Source: Phaeodactylibacter sp.
GTDB lineage: Bacteria > Bacteroidota > Bacteroidia > Chitinophagales > Saprospiraceae
Assembly (NCBI RefSeq): GCF_022763345.1
Contig: NZ_JALEGS010000021.1
Location: 35,083 to 99,082 of the forward strand
Length of the DNA stretch: 64,000 bases
Reading direction: 5' to 3'
The notes under the pieces are model-generated. The model was given only the letters and a program-made list of their open reading frames with translations. It made no database searches and had not been told where the DNA came from. Numbering within the stretch: the first letter of the stretch is position 1; every line of letters begins with the position of its first letter. The position numbers and the translations under genes were made by a program. This document shows positions 10,419 to 19,887 of the stretch, one piece after another.

Positions 10419-12119
10419 TTAGCCTCCGAGAAGGATGTCGCAGTATTCCTGTGGGATGACAACATCTTCCACAATGATAGAAGCCCGGTTGTCTGGGTTG
10501 TCAAGGTCAACCTCAAGCTTATAGTCTTCCACTTCCAGGGTTTGGGACTCCACTACAATATCCATGAAGTCATAGGTGCGCCCGGCGTAAACGAGCCTGA
10601 AGTCATATACCTCGCCCCGGAAAAGACGACTGGTGGTAAAGGCGCCGCCGATAACCTGAGCCAGTGGTTCCCAGCGCTGCCCGGTTTGCCGGAAATAAAT
10701 AACAGCGTCTGGCTGAATAATAATATCTGGACCTGCTCCTTCGCACAATCCTGAGAACCGGACATCCAGCATCAACGGGCTCGGGGGTTCAAAGGTCTTC
10801 ATGTCGAGGACTGTGGTAGAATTACAGGTGGTCGTGAATGGAGGAGAGGTATAGATGACTTGATTACCCTCAGACACCTCCATGTACAAAGTCCGGTTTC
10901 TTGGGATGTTGTACATGTTGATGGTTTCCCCATTTAGCGCCCTGAAGTAGCGACGGTAGCTGAAACGACGGCCGGTAATGGCGTCATAAAGTTGCCCTCT
11001 TAGCCAGGGCGCATCCCGGAAGTTGTTATAGTCTGACTCGATCACCAGCCGAACTGGCTCAAACCAGCGGCAGGAGTTATAGAAGTAGTCAAAGTTCCAC
11101 CACGACAAGTGAGTGATCAGCATTGTAGCGCTCAGGTTGCCGTTAGCGTCTTTTTCTACAACGGCCTCGCCTTCGTGCTTCCATTCTCCGGTATTGTCAT
11201 CGAGGGACCAAATGGGGATAATGTCCCCTTCCTTTACCTGCTGCCCTGTGGCCGGGTCGATGGTCTCCGGGTTGATGCCTACTTCCACTTCAACCGGCTC
11301 AGAAAAATCAGTGACCTCATCATTGCCTACAAACATGTCCAGCGCAACGAAGCCAGCGGTTACAAACTCTATCGGCTCCATTTCGTTGCCGTTCTCATCT
11401 ACTACGTTGGTAGCGGTAAAACCACCGGGGAAAGAGGCCAGGGATTCATCACTGCGGTTGTCGAAGTGTACCAATTGCACCTCGATGTTGCCAGTAAGCT
11501 CTTCCCCATCGGCATTCATCACTTTAGTGCCTTGCTTTAGTTTGACACTGGCCATTTCCTCTTTGCCGGCTACCATTGGAGTCGAAAATGCGGTGTCCTG
11601 CATGACACCATCAGCGTCCGCAGCAGTCGTGCCCAACTGAAGGCTTACTCCTTTAGGCGGGGCATTGAGGCTCACCATATTGACTGGGATATACTGATAC
11701 GTCGTATCATAAAGCACAATGTTCTGAACGGTTTTGACATAACCGGGCGCTTCCGCAATGACGGTCAGCTCTAGTGGGTCATCCTCGGTGATCATGACTT
11801 CTTTGTCTAATCCAATTTCGAGGAAGCCTGCTACAGGTTTCAAATCCCGCTGCCCGTCCGTGGAATAAATCAGATCTTTATCGGGGCCCTCAATGGTAAT
11901 GGATAGATTATCAGGGGCATCACCGCCTGTATCCAGGTTAGCATCGCCAAAGTAGAAGGCAACGGGTACCCGAAAGATATCAGTATTAATATTGAGGTTG
12001 ACGCCATCAACGTACCCTTCGATCAAATCCTCCCGGGCTTCCTCTGTACAAGTAGTTACCAAAAAGGCAAGCATTAGAACTGCGCTTAGCCGCAAAGTAG
12101 GTAAGAATAGCTTTTTCAT
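10419..12119 (-). CDS. Surface lipoprotein of unknown function (CILP/FAM171-like central motif)
   Basis: SPII signal peptide (…AFLVTT-C), acidic beta-rich body, motif IWSLDDNTGEWKHEG…ITHLSWWNFD. Confidence 0.75.
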   Translation of the reverse strand: MKKLFLPTLRLSAVLMLAFLVTTCTEEAREDLIEGYVDGVNLNINTDIFRVPVAFYFGDANLDTGGDAPDNLSITIEGPDKDLIYSTDGQRDLKPVAGFLEIGLDKEVMITEDDPLELTVIAEAPGYVKTVQNIVLYDTTYQYIPVNMVSLNAPPKGVSLQLGTTAADADGVMQDTAFSTPMVAGKEEMASVKLKQGTKVMNADGEELTGNIEVQLVHFDNRSDESLASFPGGFTATNVVDENGNEMEPIEFVTAGFVALDMFVGNDEVTDFSEPVEVEVGINPETIDPATGQQVKEGDIIPIWSLDDNTGEWKHEGEAVVEKDANGNLSATMLITHLSWWNFDYFYNSCRWFEPVRLVIESDYNNFRDAPWLRGQLYDAITGRRFSYRRYFRALNGETINMYNIPRNRTLYMEVSEGNQVIYTSPPFTTTCNSTTVLDMKTFEPPSPLMLDVRFSGLCEGAGPDIIIQPDAVIYFRQTGQRWEPLAQVIGGAFTTSRLFRGEVYDFRLVYAGRTYDFMDIVVESQTLEVEDYKLEVDLDNPDNRASIIVEDVVIPQEYCDILLGG

Positions 12120-12147
12120 AATATTTTTGGATTGGATGATTCAGGAT

Positions 12148-13344
12148 TTACTGCTCGGCTTCGAGCGGGAAATGTTGTGTGATTGTCTTGGCGGCTCCAC
12201 CGGGGTCCGCTTTAAGGACCTTCTTGAACGGCTTATAGCCAGGTACGGTGATGTTAAGCTCATAGGTATCTCCAGGATCAAGGCCAAGAGTGAACTGCCC
12301 GGTAGGATAGGGCCCGGTACGCTCCAGCGTTTTGTCGCCGTTGGGGAGTACCTTGTACAGGTCTATATAAGCCTGACGCAGCTCCGCATTGGTAACGGCA
12401 TCAACGGCAGCGCCCTTCACAATAAGATAAGGGGATGCGGTAGGTGTTGCAGGCTTAGGCAGCACGGGATTGCCATCCGTAAGCTGCTCTTTGGGTGCGT
12501 CTTCCACGCGATTTTCTGCCTCGGGCACCGGTGCATCCACCATTTCGGAAGTACCCTCTGCGCCCGGGCGCAAGCCAAACAGGTCTTTTGGCAGATTAAA
12601 CTTATAGGCCAGCCGGAAGCCAACGGAGGGGTGTACCCGTACATTTTTAAAGTTTTCGGAAAGGACCGGGCCATTTTGGGCATTGTCGCTAAGTAAACCC
12701 GTAGAATTGAACTGGATGTCCGGGCGGCCTCTCACCATAGCTCCGGCTTCTAAAGCAAAGCTTAGGTGCCTTACGCCAAGCGAGCGGCCGAATCCGAGCC
12801 CAAAGTAAGGGTAAACGGCAGAGCCTGTGGTGTAATTTACATTAATGGTGCCAATGCGCTCAGGCGTCAGCTCATAGTCATTCACTGCTACGCCTTCTGC
12901 AAATTCACCATTGACATTAATATAATTGTTGAGGTTGATCATTAGCCCACCCATGAGCCGGAAAGAGCGTTTCGCTCCAATGGGCAGTTCTGCAATCAGA
13001 CCGAGGGTGCTAAGGTCCAGGTCGGAGCTCAGGATCAGGCTTTGTCCGGAGAAGCCAAGCGAAGAGGCATTAAAGCTGATCCCCTCTACGTCCATCCGCA
13101 TGCGGTTGTAGGAAATTCGGAAGTTAACGGGTTTTAGGACTCTTAAGGTGGCATCAACGCCAAAGAAGGCATGGGTGCCTGAGCTTAAACCAATGGACAT
13201 GGCTGGCTGAAAGGTAGAAGCAGGCGGGTCAGTTGCGGGTGCCGTACTGGCTTGTCCGTAGACGATGCCTGTTGGGGCTGTAGAAAAATAAAACGCAAAA
13301 ACGAAGGTGAGTATTCCGCTTGCGACGGGTAGTTTAATCCTCAT
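12148..13344 (-). CDS. Outer-membrane beta-barrel protein with C-terminal carboxypeptidase-regulatory-like domain
   Basis: Signal peptide, amphipathic strands (YPYFGLGFG; VGFRLAYKF), Pro/Glu-rich linker, then VKGAAVDAVT…GQFTL…YELNITVPGYKPF. Confidence 0.7.
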   Translation of the reverse strand: MRIKLPVASGILTFVFAFYFSTAPTGIVYGQASTAPATDPPASTFQPAMSIGLSSGTHAFFGVDATLRVLKPVNFRISYNRMRMDVEGISFNASSLGFSGQSLILSSDLDLSTLGLIAELPIGAKRSFRLMGGLMINLNNYINVNGEFAEGVAVNDYELTPERIGTINVNYTTGSAVYPYFGLGFGRSLGVRHLSFALEAGAMVRGRPDIQFNSTGLLSDNAQNGPVLSENFKNVRVHPSVGFRLAYKFNLPKDLFGLRPGAEGTSEMVDAPVPEAENRVEDAPKEQLTDGNPVLPKPATPTASPYLIVKGAAVDAVTNAELRQAYIDLYKVLPNGDKTLERTGPYPTGQFTLGLDPGDTYELNITVPGYKPFKKVLKADPGGAAKTITQHFPLEAEQ

Positions 13345-13594
13345 AGTAGTAAGGGTTTAGAAATCCGGAATTTGGGTTTTAATTATCAAAAACCTACTGA
13401 AAAACGGTAGGTATCATCCCTTTTCTATTGCCCTTAGTGTGTAGTTTGTAATTGTGTTTGTTTTGGGGCAATGAAATTATATACGGAAGAAGTTTAAGGA
13501 GGTTGCAAAACGCTGTAATTTTTTGACTGGGTTAAATTAGTGATTTTCAAATACTTGAAGTTTGGCAGCGCCATCAACTGCATTCAGTACAAAT

Positions 13595-13633
13595 GAAAAC
13601 CCCCTTCACGGATGATCCGCAAAGGGGGCTTTC
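13595..13633 (-). terminator. Rho-independent terminator for the T9SS gene
   Basis: ccccctt…aaggggg stem with flanking A/T tracts, ~55 nt beyond the 13687 stop. Confidence 0.7.
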
Positions 13634-13686
13634 TATTTCAGCCATCAATCAGGAAGCTATATGTTTCCTGTCGTTGAGGCGCTTAA

Positions 13687-16600
13687 TTATTGCTTGGTGA
13701 AGCGCAGCGTTTCCAGAATGCCGCTTTCGCCCTGTACTTCCAGGAAGTACATACCGGCAGGCAGAGCTGCCACATCAAGCTGAGTTTGTACAGCACCTGT
13801 CGCCACCTGCTGCTGACGGAGTGCCTGCCCAAACTGATTGCGTACGACTACGATGGTGTTGTGCTCTACCGCACGCTCGAAGCGCAGGTTCAGCGCATCA
13901 CGCGTCGGGTTCGGGAACAAGGTCGTATTGCGTACCTCCTGAGCCGGTACTTCAAAGGTAACTGCATTACCGTTTTGTGCTTCTGCACCGCGCTTGAGGC
14001 TGATGCCGTTGATCGCTTCCTGAACTTCCTCAGAAAGTGTAGGGATTGTATTGCCAAGCACTGTCACATTGCTAAATACCGCACTTGCAGGGGTGTTATT
14101 GACGGAGAAGACCACCATGCCTACCTCCACGCAGGCATCCATGGGTACGTAAGCGGCATTTACGAATGCGAAGCTGCCACCTGTGGTGCTGCTGTAGCCA
14201 ATAATGTAATCGCCCTGACGTACCAGGCGCAACCACCGTGGGAATGGCCGGTAGAAAGAGGTGAAGCTGCGGTTGGCATCCGTGTCATAACGGGTAGACC
14301 AGTAGATATTGCCGGTAATGTTGGTGAGCATGGTAACCATTTTGGCACCAGCTGCAGTACTTTCACGGATGGCAATGCCCGGGAATCCACCCTGACGGCT
14401 TTCTACCTTTATTGTAATGGACCCATCGCCACAGAGTTCCTGCGAAATAAACCCTGTATTGTCCGATACATCTTCCAGCGGGAAGTTGCGGCCTCCACTA
14501 GTGATCGCAAATTCACCATTATTGGCGTTGCACACCTCATAGCTAAATTCATTCTCGCCTTCGCCTACATCGCTGGCACCCCATGGTGCAGGCAGTTCAC
14601 CAGACTCATCAACTACAGTGATGTTGGAGGTACAGCTCTGTGGACCTTCCGGCGTATTGACCATTACAGTCACCATGACGGTTTGGCCAAGGTCATCACA
14701 AGTCAGCGTGGCTGGGCTGATCATGCCGAGTGTAATTTCGGGGCAATCAGATGGGTTGTCCTGATTGTCGATGTTTACCACGTCTGCTTCAGAAAGGCTG
14801 TAAGAACCAAAGTCGAGCAGTACATCATTGTCCACGCACTCGAAAGTAGGATCTTCGCAGCAGTCCACATCCGCATTAGCGCCGCCCTTGGTGTTCTGGC
14901 AGGTCTCGGTCCACACGCCGTCAATCAACTGCAGGGAGCCTTCTTCCGGTGTGCCGCCACCTTCGGTAACCCCTACGTCGGTGCTGGCAAAGCCATTAAC
15001 AGTCATATCGCCTTCGTAGCTCAACAGCTGGAAAATCTCATTATTGCACTCCAGTGCGATACCGTCAGGTGCGCCGTTTTGCAGGGAGCTGAACTCGAAA
15101 TAGTAGTAGGTTATACCGCTGGCGGTGCTGCCTTCGCTGAAGTTGTCAAGGGTTTCGCTATCGTAGGAGGTGTTGTTGCTGCCATTGTAGAGCACCACTT
15201 CAATACCGGATAAATCGCCCTCAAATTCGTTTGAAACCGCTACTTCCACAAACTCATTGACGTCGCCGCCAACGTTATCGTAGTGGAATTCGCTGATGAA
15301 GATGTCCTCTGATGTTGGGCAGGAGACACACTCGGGTACACGGAAGTAGTAAGTTGGCGTTCTGCAAGTAACATCCATCTGATCGAGCAGGTCGATTTTT
15401 GCTACTTCACCCGGAGTGTTACCGGTGATGCTGGCCTGACCGGTTCCAGATATAGTACCGTTTTCTACACCTGAGAAGATGCCATATCCGATACTTGTTT
15501 CAGGATTGATATTTAAATAGGAGCCTGAGCCATTGGATACAACTGCAGATACATCAAAAAAGGAGCTTTCTGCAAATGCGCCCGTTCCGCATGACAGGTT
15601 GGAGAAGGAAACATTGGTGAAGCCGCAGCCTCCGCCAGTACTACCGCCACCTCCGCCAGTGCTGCCACAACCGTCAAAGGTATGAGCCCCAAAGCCATCA
15701 GCTGTATTCTGAGGGAACTCGTCCCATTCTGCGGAAATATCGAAGGCATCACTGCCGTTTGTATCTCCAGAAGTCACACTAGATTTTCGGCGGTAAGTTC
15801 TGTCTTTGGCGAAGTTGGAATCGTTTCCGATTTGTCCGAAGATATCCAATGTTGTCCCGTCTGCTCTGAGCTCTACAGCATCGTTACCATTGAAAAAAGA
15901 AGCAGTAGACTCTTGGTCTACCTCTATCTCCAAAGTGGTACCGTCATCACAAAGGGTGTAAGTGGTGCCTGCGGAGACAGTACCTGTGAGGTTGATGGTA
16001 CCACCTACGGTAGTGTTATCATTGAAATAGAACAAAATCTGATAATTACCAGCATTCAGGTCAATAGATGAACTGGTTGGGTTAAAAACTTCAATACATT
16101 TGTTGTTGCCACTACCTTCCATGTACTCAGAAATGAACAGGTCGTCACAACCGCTTACCGGTGCGGATGGCATCATTGGCGTACCCGCAGTAGGTGTATT
16201 GTCATTGCCCAAGTTAAAGTCACTGATGACCCAGTCACTGGCCATGTCGGTGTCTACGCCATCCGTTACACGGCGTACGCCGGCTGGAAAGAAATTGCCA
16301 TCTGGGCCAATAACCGGGGCATCAAAGTAAAAGAATTCAGGGGATTCTTCATCGGTAAGTGCCACCACATCCCTCCAGAATTCACCACCGGTGATGCTGG
16401 AACCAGAAATACTGCTGGTCACAACCAGCCCATAGGTAGCGCTACTGTTTTCCAGGGAGTTAGAGTTGATGATTTTATTTGGCATTACTCCGTATTCGGA
16501 GTTGACACTTGAAGTGCCAATCAGGTAGAATCCGTTCGAACCAATTATGTCGTCAGCTCCAAAGTCAAATCGAAAATCAATAGAGCCATTGGAGGATTGG

Positions 16601-16779
16601 TCATCAGATTCTACTCCAATAACACTAAGGCCAAGCAGTGGAGTACCCGCCTCGCCGTAAATTTCGATGAATTCTACATCAGTACCAGTTGTACTGACAA
16701 GTAGCTCATTCAGCACTTGTGCTTGTAGTGTTGTTCCGAACATACATAGCGCAAAGAGCAGTAAGTAAAATTGTCTCAT
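13687..16779 (-). CDS. T9SS-secreted protein: three lamin-tail-like domains, HYR-like segment, ConA/DUF1349-like domain, type A CTD
   Basis: Signal peptide; LNELLVSTTGTDVEFIEIY, LFISEYMEGSGNNKCIEVFN and IFISEFHYDNVGGDVNEFVEV; WLRLVRQGDYIIGYSS; CTD LFPNPTRDALNL…LPAGMYFL…LRFTKQ. Confidence 0.85.
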   Translation of the reverse strand: MRQFYLLLFALCMFGTTLQAQVLNELLVSTTGTDVEFIEIYGEAGTPLLGLSVIGVESDDQSSNGSIDFRFDFGADDIIGSNGFYLIGTSSVNSEYGVMPNKIINSNSLENSSATYGLVVTSSISGSSITGGEFWRDVVALTDEESPEFFYFDAPVIGPDGNFFPAGVRRVTDGVDTDMASDWVISDFNLGNDNTPTAGTPMMPSAPVSGCDDLFISEYMEGSGNNKCIEVFNPTSSSIDLNAGNYQILFYFNDNTTVGGTINLTGTVSAGTTYTLCDDGTTLEIEVDQESTASFFNGNDAVELRADGTTLDIFGQIGNDSNFAKDRTYRRKSSVTSGDTNGSDAFDISAEWDEFPQNTADGFGAHTFDGCGSTGGGGGSTGGGCGFTNVSFSNLSCGTGAFAESSFFDVSAVVSNGSGSYLNINPETSIGYGIFSGVENGTISGTGQASITGNTPGEVAKIDLLDQMDVTCRTPTYYFRVPECVSCPTSEDIFISEFHYDNVGGDVNEFVEVAVSNEFEGDLSGIEVVLYNGSNNTSYDSETLDNFSEGSTASGITYYYFEFSSLQNGAPDGIALECNNEIFQLLSYEGDMTVNGFASTDVGVTEGGGTPEEGSLQLIDGVWTETCQNTKGGANADVDCCEDPTFECVDNDVLLDFGSYSLSEADVVNIDNQDNPSDCPEITLGMISPATLTCDDLGQTVMVTVMVNTPEGPQSCTSNITVVDESGELPAPWGASDVGEGENEFSYEVCNANNGEFAITSGGRNFPLEDVSDNTGFISQELCGDGSITIKVESRQGGFPGIAIRESTAAGAKMVTMLTNITGNIYWSTRYDTDANRSFTSFYRPFPRWLRLVRQGDYIIGYSSTTGGSFAFVNAAYVPMDACVEVGMVVFSVNNTPASAVFSNVTVLGNTIPTLSEEVQEAINGISLKRGAEAQNGNAVTFEVPAQEVRNTTLFPNPTRDALNLRFERAVEHNTIVVVRNQFGQALRQQQVATGAVQTQLDVAALPAGMYFLEVQGESGILETLRFTKQ

Positions 16780-17080
16780 GCTGTAGTAATTGTTTTATAG
16801 ATTCAGTAATTTTTACCAATAAATCAGTAGGTCTTCGGCTGGAAGACAAGGGGGAGCTTATGATAAGTAGTAGCCTAAAAAGGTCGTAAAAGATTACGGT
16901 GCGGGGGGAGCGTGCATATTTAATTCCTGTTGAATATGCTGCAAAATAAACAATTCTCAGCGGTCTGCCCAATTCACGCATGTTAACTATTTGTATATTT
17001 TGCCAGATTCCCGGATGAAAGACCTTTCTAAGTGCTGGCATGAGGATTTTTTTTAGCTTAGCCCTACCTAATAGCGAGAC

Positions 17081-17797
17081 ATGAATGATCAGATCAAAAG
17101 ACTGGACTCCAAGATTGGTAACCAACTCGAGTTGCTGTCCTTTCATATCCCAAAGTCTGCCGGGACATCTTTCCGCAATATGCTGCGCGATGTTTATGGT
17201 GCCGAAGCTGTGTTGCGTTTTGATACGCCCCTGCGCGGTGGGGGCAAATTCCGGGTAGAACAGCAGCCGTTCACCGGTCGTACTTTACCCAACCGGGTGC
17301 GGGTGTTGCACGGGCATTTTTCATGGCAACACGTCAACAACATTCTGGAGTTACCACCAGACATTCCAAAAATCACCTGGCTGCGCGATCCAGTGGAGCG
17401 CGTGGTGTCCAATTACTTTTATCTGGCCAAGCGTCTCCGGGAAATCCTGGACGAAGAAGGCCGGGGCATTAACATTCTCACCAAAATGGAGCGCAGCCTT
17501 ACCGAGTATGCCCAGGCAGAGATCAACCAAAACCGAATGTCTAAATTCCTGGAGGGGCTGCACCTGAGTGACTTTCGCTTTGTGGGCATCCTCGAGCGTA
17601 TGGATGAGGACCTGCAGCGTATGGCGGATGCGATGGGCTGGACGATTCAGGAGGCTTATCAGCATAATGCCACGGGTAAACGGAAGCGGGAAATCACTGC
17701 TGGAGAACGGGCGGTCATCGAAGCCTGTAATGCCGAAGACCTGGCACTTTATCAGGAGGCACTTGAGCTTCGAAAGCAGGGATACTGGACCGTATGA
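17081..17797 (+). CDS. Sulfotransferase family protein (copy 1)
   Basis: 5'-PAPS motif HIPKSAGTSF, 3'-PAPS motif WLRDPVERVVSNY, FRFVGILE. Confidence 0.88.
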   Translation: MNDQIKRLDSKIGNQLELLSFHIPKSAGTSFRNMLRDVYGAEAVLRFDTPLRGGGKFRVEQQPFTGRTLPNRVRVLHGHFSWQHVNNILELPPDIPKITWLRDPVERVVSNYFYLAKRLREILDEEGRGINILTKMERSLTEYAQAEINQNRMSKFLEGLHLSDFRFVGILERMDEDLQRMADAMGWTIQEAYQHNATGKRKREITAGERAVIEACNAEDLALYQEALELRKQGYWTV

Positions 17798-18456
17798 TCA
17801 GGCTAATCTCCATACATATCCCCAAAACGGGCGGTACTTCTTTTTACCGGGCCCTGCAAACCGTCTACGGTGCGCAGCAGGTTTCGGCCTCCTTTCGTCG
17901 GCGCGATTATGAAGCGGTAGTGAAAGCAGGCGGATGGTCCCGGGCATTGCCTCCACAGCTGAAAGTATTGCATGGCCACCTGCACTACGAAGAAGTCCGG
18001 GAGCTGCACCTGCAGCATAACCCCAAAATCATTACCTGGCTGCGTGACCCGGTAGACCGTGTAGTTTCCAATTATTCTTTTTTTAAGCACCGCCTGCTAA
18101 ATCCGGAGCACAACCCGGAGGTGGCAGCGGTCAATGCCCACCGGGTCTCAGAAACCCTGCTCGAGTACGCCACCCTGGAGGAAAATCGCAACCGCATGTC
18201 TAAATTTATGCGCGGGCTGCACCCGAAAGACTATTTTTTTATCGGATTGCTGGAATCCTTTGAGGCGGACTACGAGCGGTTGGGGAAACGCCTTGGCTGG
18301 GCTGAAGTCCCACCATTGCCCCGGCTCAACGATAACCGTCGTTTTCGTAAAGCGCTACCTGAAATTAAGGAGGAGGCCCTTCGTCAGTTACAGGCTCTCA
18401 ATGCAGAAGATATGGCGCTGTACGACTGGGTTAAAACACACCGCTCAGCGATTTAA
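17794..18456 (+). CDS. Sulfotransferase family protein (copy 2)
   Basis: HIPKTGGTSF, WLRDPVDRVVSNY, YFFIGLLE; ATGA overlap with copy 1. Confidence 0.88.
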   Translation: MIRLISIHIPKTGGTSFYRALQTVYGAQQVSASFRRRDYEAVVKAGGWSRALPPQLKVLHGHLHYEEVRELHLQHNPKIITWLRDPVDRVVSNYSFFKHRLLNPEHNPEVAAVNAHRVSETLLEYATLEENRNRMSKFMRGLHPKDYFFIGLLESFEADYERLGKRLGWAEVPPLPRLNDNRRFRKALPEIKEEALRQLQALNAEDMALYDWVKTHRSAI

Positions 18457-19536
18457 ACCTTGGTAAAGGTTGATGTAGGCCTGTACGGCATCCTTCAGAT
18501 GAAAAGGATGGAAGGGCCGGTTTTCCCAGTCTCCATCATACGCCCGCTGCAATGCCCGGGCGAGTGCCGCTACGCTCATCTCCTGCATGGGCACCCACTT
18601 TCCGCTTACCACTTCGCGCAACGCGCCTCGATCAGAAGAAATGATGGGTACGCCCATAGCAGAGGCTTCTGCTGCGACAAAGCAAAACCCTTCGCTGTAG
18701 GAGGGGATTACGACACAGGACGAATGTGCAATTTCCCGGTAAAGTGTCTCCCGCGGCAGGTCATGAAGCAGTTGTGTCTGTTGGCGGATGCCCAGTTGGT
18801 CCAATTGCGCCTGCACCCAATCGTACATCGGTTTAGGATAGGTCGGTACGATGAGCTTGAACCGGGCCTCAGGATGCTGCCTGAGCAAGGTTTGTGCGGC
18901 CGGCAGCAGGAGTTCCAGCCCTTTTGACATGCCCAGGCGCCCGAAGTAGGTAAAGGTAAATTCCCCTGGCGGCTGATGAGGATAAGCCTCAAAGGCTGTG
19001 TAGTCCAGCCCGTTGTAAATTCGTAGCGCTTTTTCTTCAGCAATGCCGCTTGCACGCAGCGCCTGCCGGGTGTAGTCGGATACCCCGATAAAGCGACGAA
19101 AAGGCAGTTTTAGCAGGAGTTGCTCCCAAGTGTAAAAAAGGGTACGTTGCAGCAGATTGGCAAAAGGTAGCTGCCACCAGAGACGCCCCCAAACTTCGTG
19201 GAAAGTAATGAGGACCGGCTTTCTGCTCAAAGCCGCGCCGAGCCAGGCCGGCAGGGCGGCATTATAGGAAGTAGTATGGACGAGGTCGTATTTTTTAGCC
19301 ATACGCCGGATCACCGGCAGGCTCACCAGGCTGAACCAGTAACGGTTGCGGCAGTTGACCCGCACCACTGATACGCCCTGAATCTCTTCCTGTTCCGGCA
19401 AATCGGGGCGGAACCGGGTGGTAACGACTGCAACTTCGTGCCCGGCCTTTACCAATGCCGTCGTCAGCTCGTAAAACAGCTTCTCTGCCCCACCGATATA
19501 AGGATGGAAATGCTCAAGTACGAAAAGGATTTTCAC
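18445..19536 (-). CDS. GT4 family glycosyltransferase
   Basis: MKILFVLEHFHPYIGGAE, YFGRLGMSKG, PSYSEGFCFVAAEA (EX7E). Confidence 0.9.
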   Translation of the reverse strand: MKILFVLEHFHPYIGGAEKLFYELTTALVKAGHEVAVVTTRFRPDLPEQEEIQGVSVVRVNCRNRYWFSLVSLPVIRRMAKKYDLVHTTSYNAALPAWLGAALSRKPVLITFHEVWGRLWWQLPFANLLQRTLFYTWEQLLLKLPFRRFIGVSDYTRQALRASGIAEEKALRIYNGLDYTAFEAYPHQPPGEFTFTYFGRLGMSKGLELLLPAAQTLLRQHPEARFKLIVPTYPKPMYDWVQAQLDQLGIRQQTQLLHDLPRETLYREIAHSSCVVIPSYSEGFCFVAAEASAMGVPIISSDRGALREVVSGKWVPMQEMSVAALARALQRAYDGDWENRPFHPFHLKDAVQAYINLYQGLNR

Positions 19537-19886
19537 GATTGGAGGTCTTCTTTTTCCGCCTGCTGAAGGGTGATTTTCCGAGCCAGCTCGGTGATGGCCA
19601 TCTGGTTTTTTTTCAGCATGAAAAAGAGTTTGTACTGAAAGAAGAAAATAAGCCCCAGGCAGAAAAAAATGATGGCGTTGATATTGCTCTTTATTCCAAA
19701 GAAGTCAGCAATGGCTTTGGAGATTGCGTCAGGAAAGAGCGCGAAAATGCCGACTGAAAGCCAAAAAGCAGCACCTAAAGCGGCTTCCTGCCAGCTGGCT
19801 TTTGATTTCAGAAAACGCCGGAACAGGTTGAAAACAAACCCCAGGGAGGCTAGTGGAACGATGATCTGATAGACTTCAAGCTTCAC
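19533..19886 (-). CDS. DUF2304 family membrane protein
   Basis: Three TM segments, IADFFGI…N motif, C-terminal ITELARKITL; classic neighbour of DPM-type GT2. Confidence 0.85.
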   Translation of the reverse strand: MKLEVYQIIVPLASLGFVFNLFRRFLKSKASWQEAALGAAFWLSVGIFALFPDAISKAIADFFGIKSNINAIIFFCLGLIFFFQYKLFFMLKKNQMAITELARKITLQQAEKEDLQS

Positions 19887-19887
19887 G

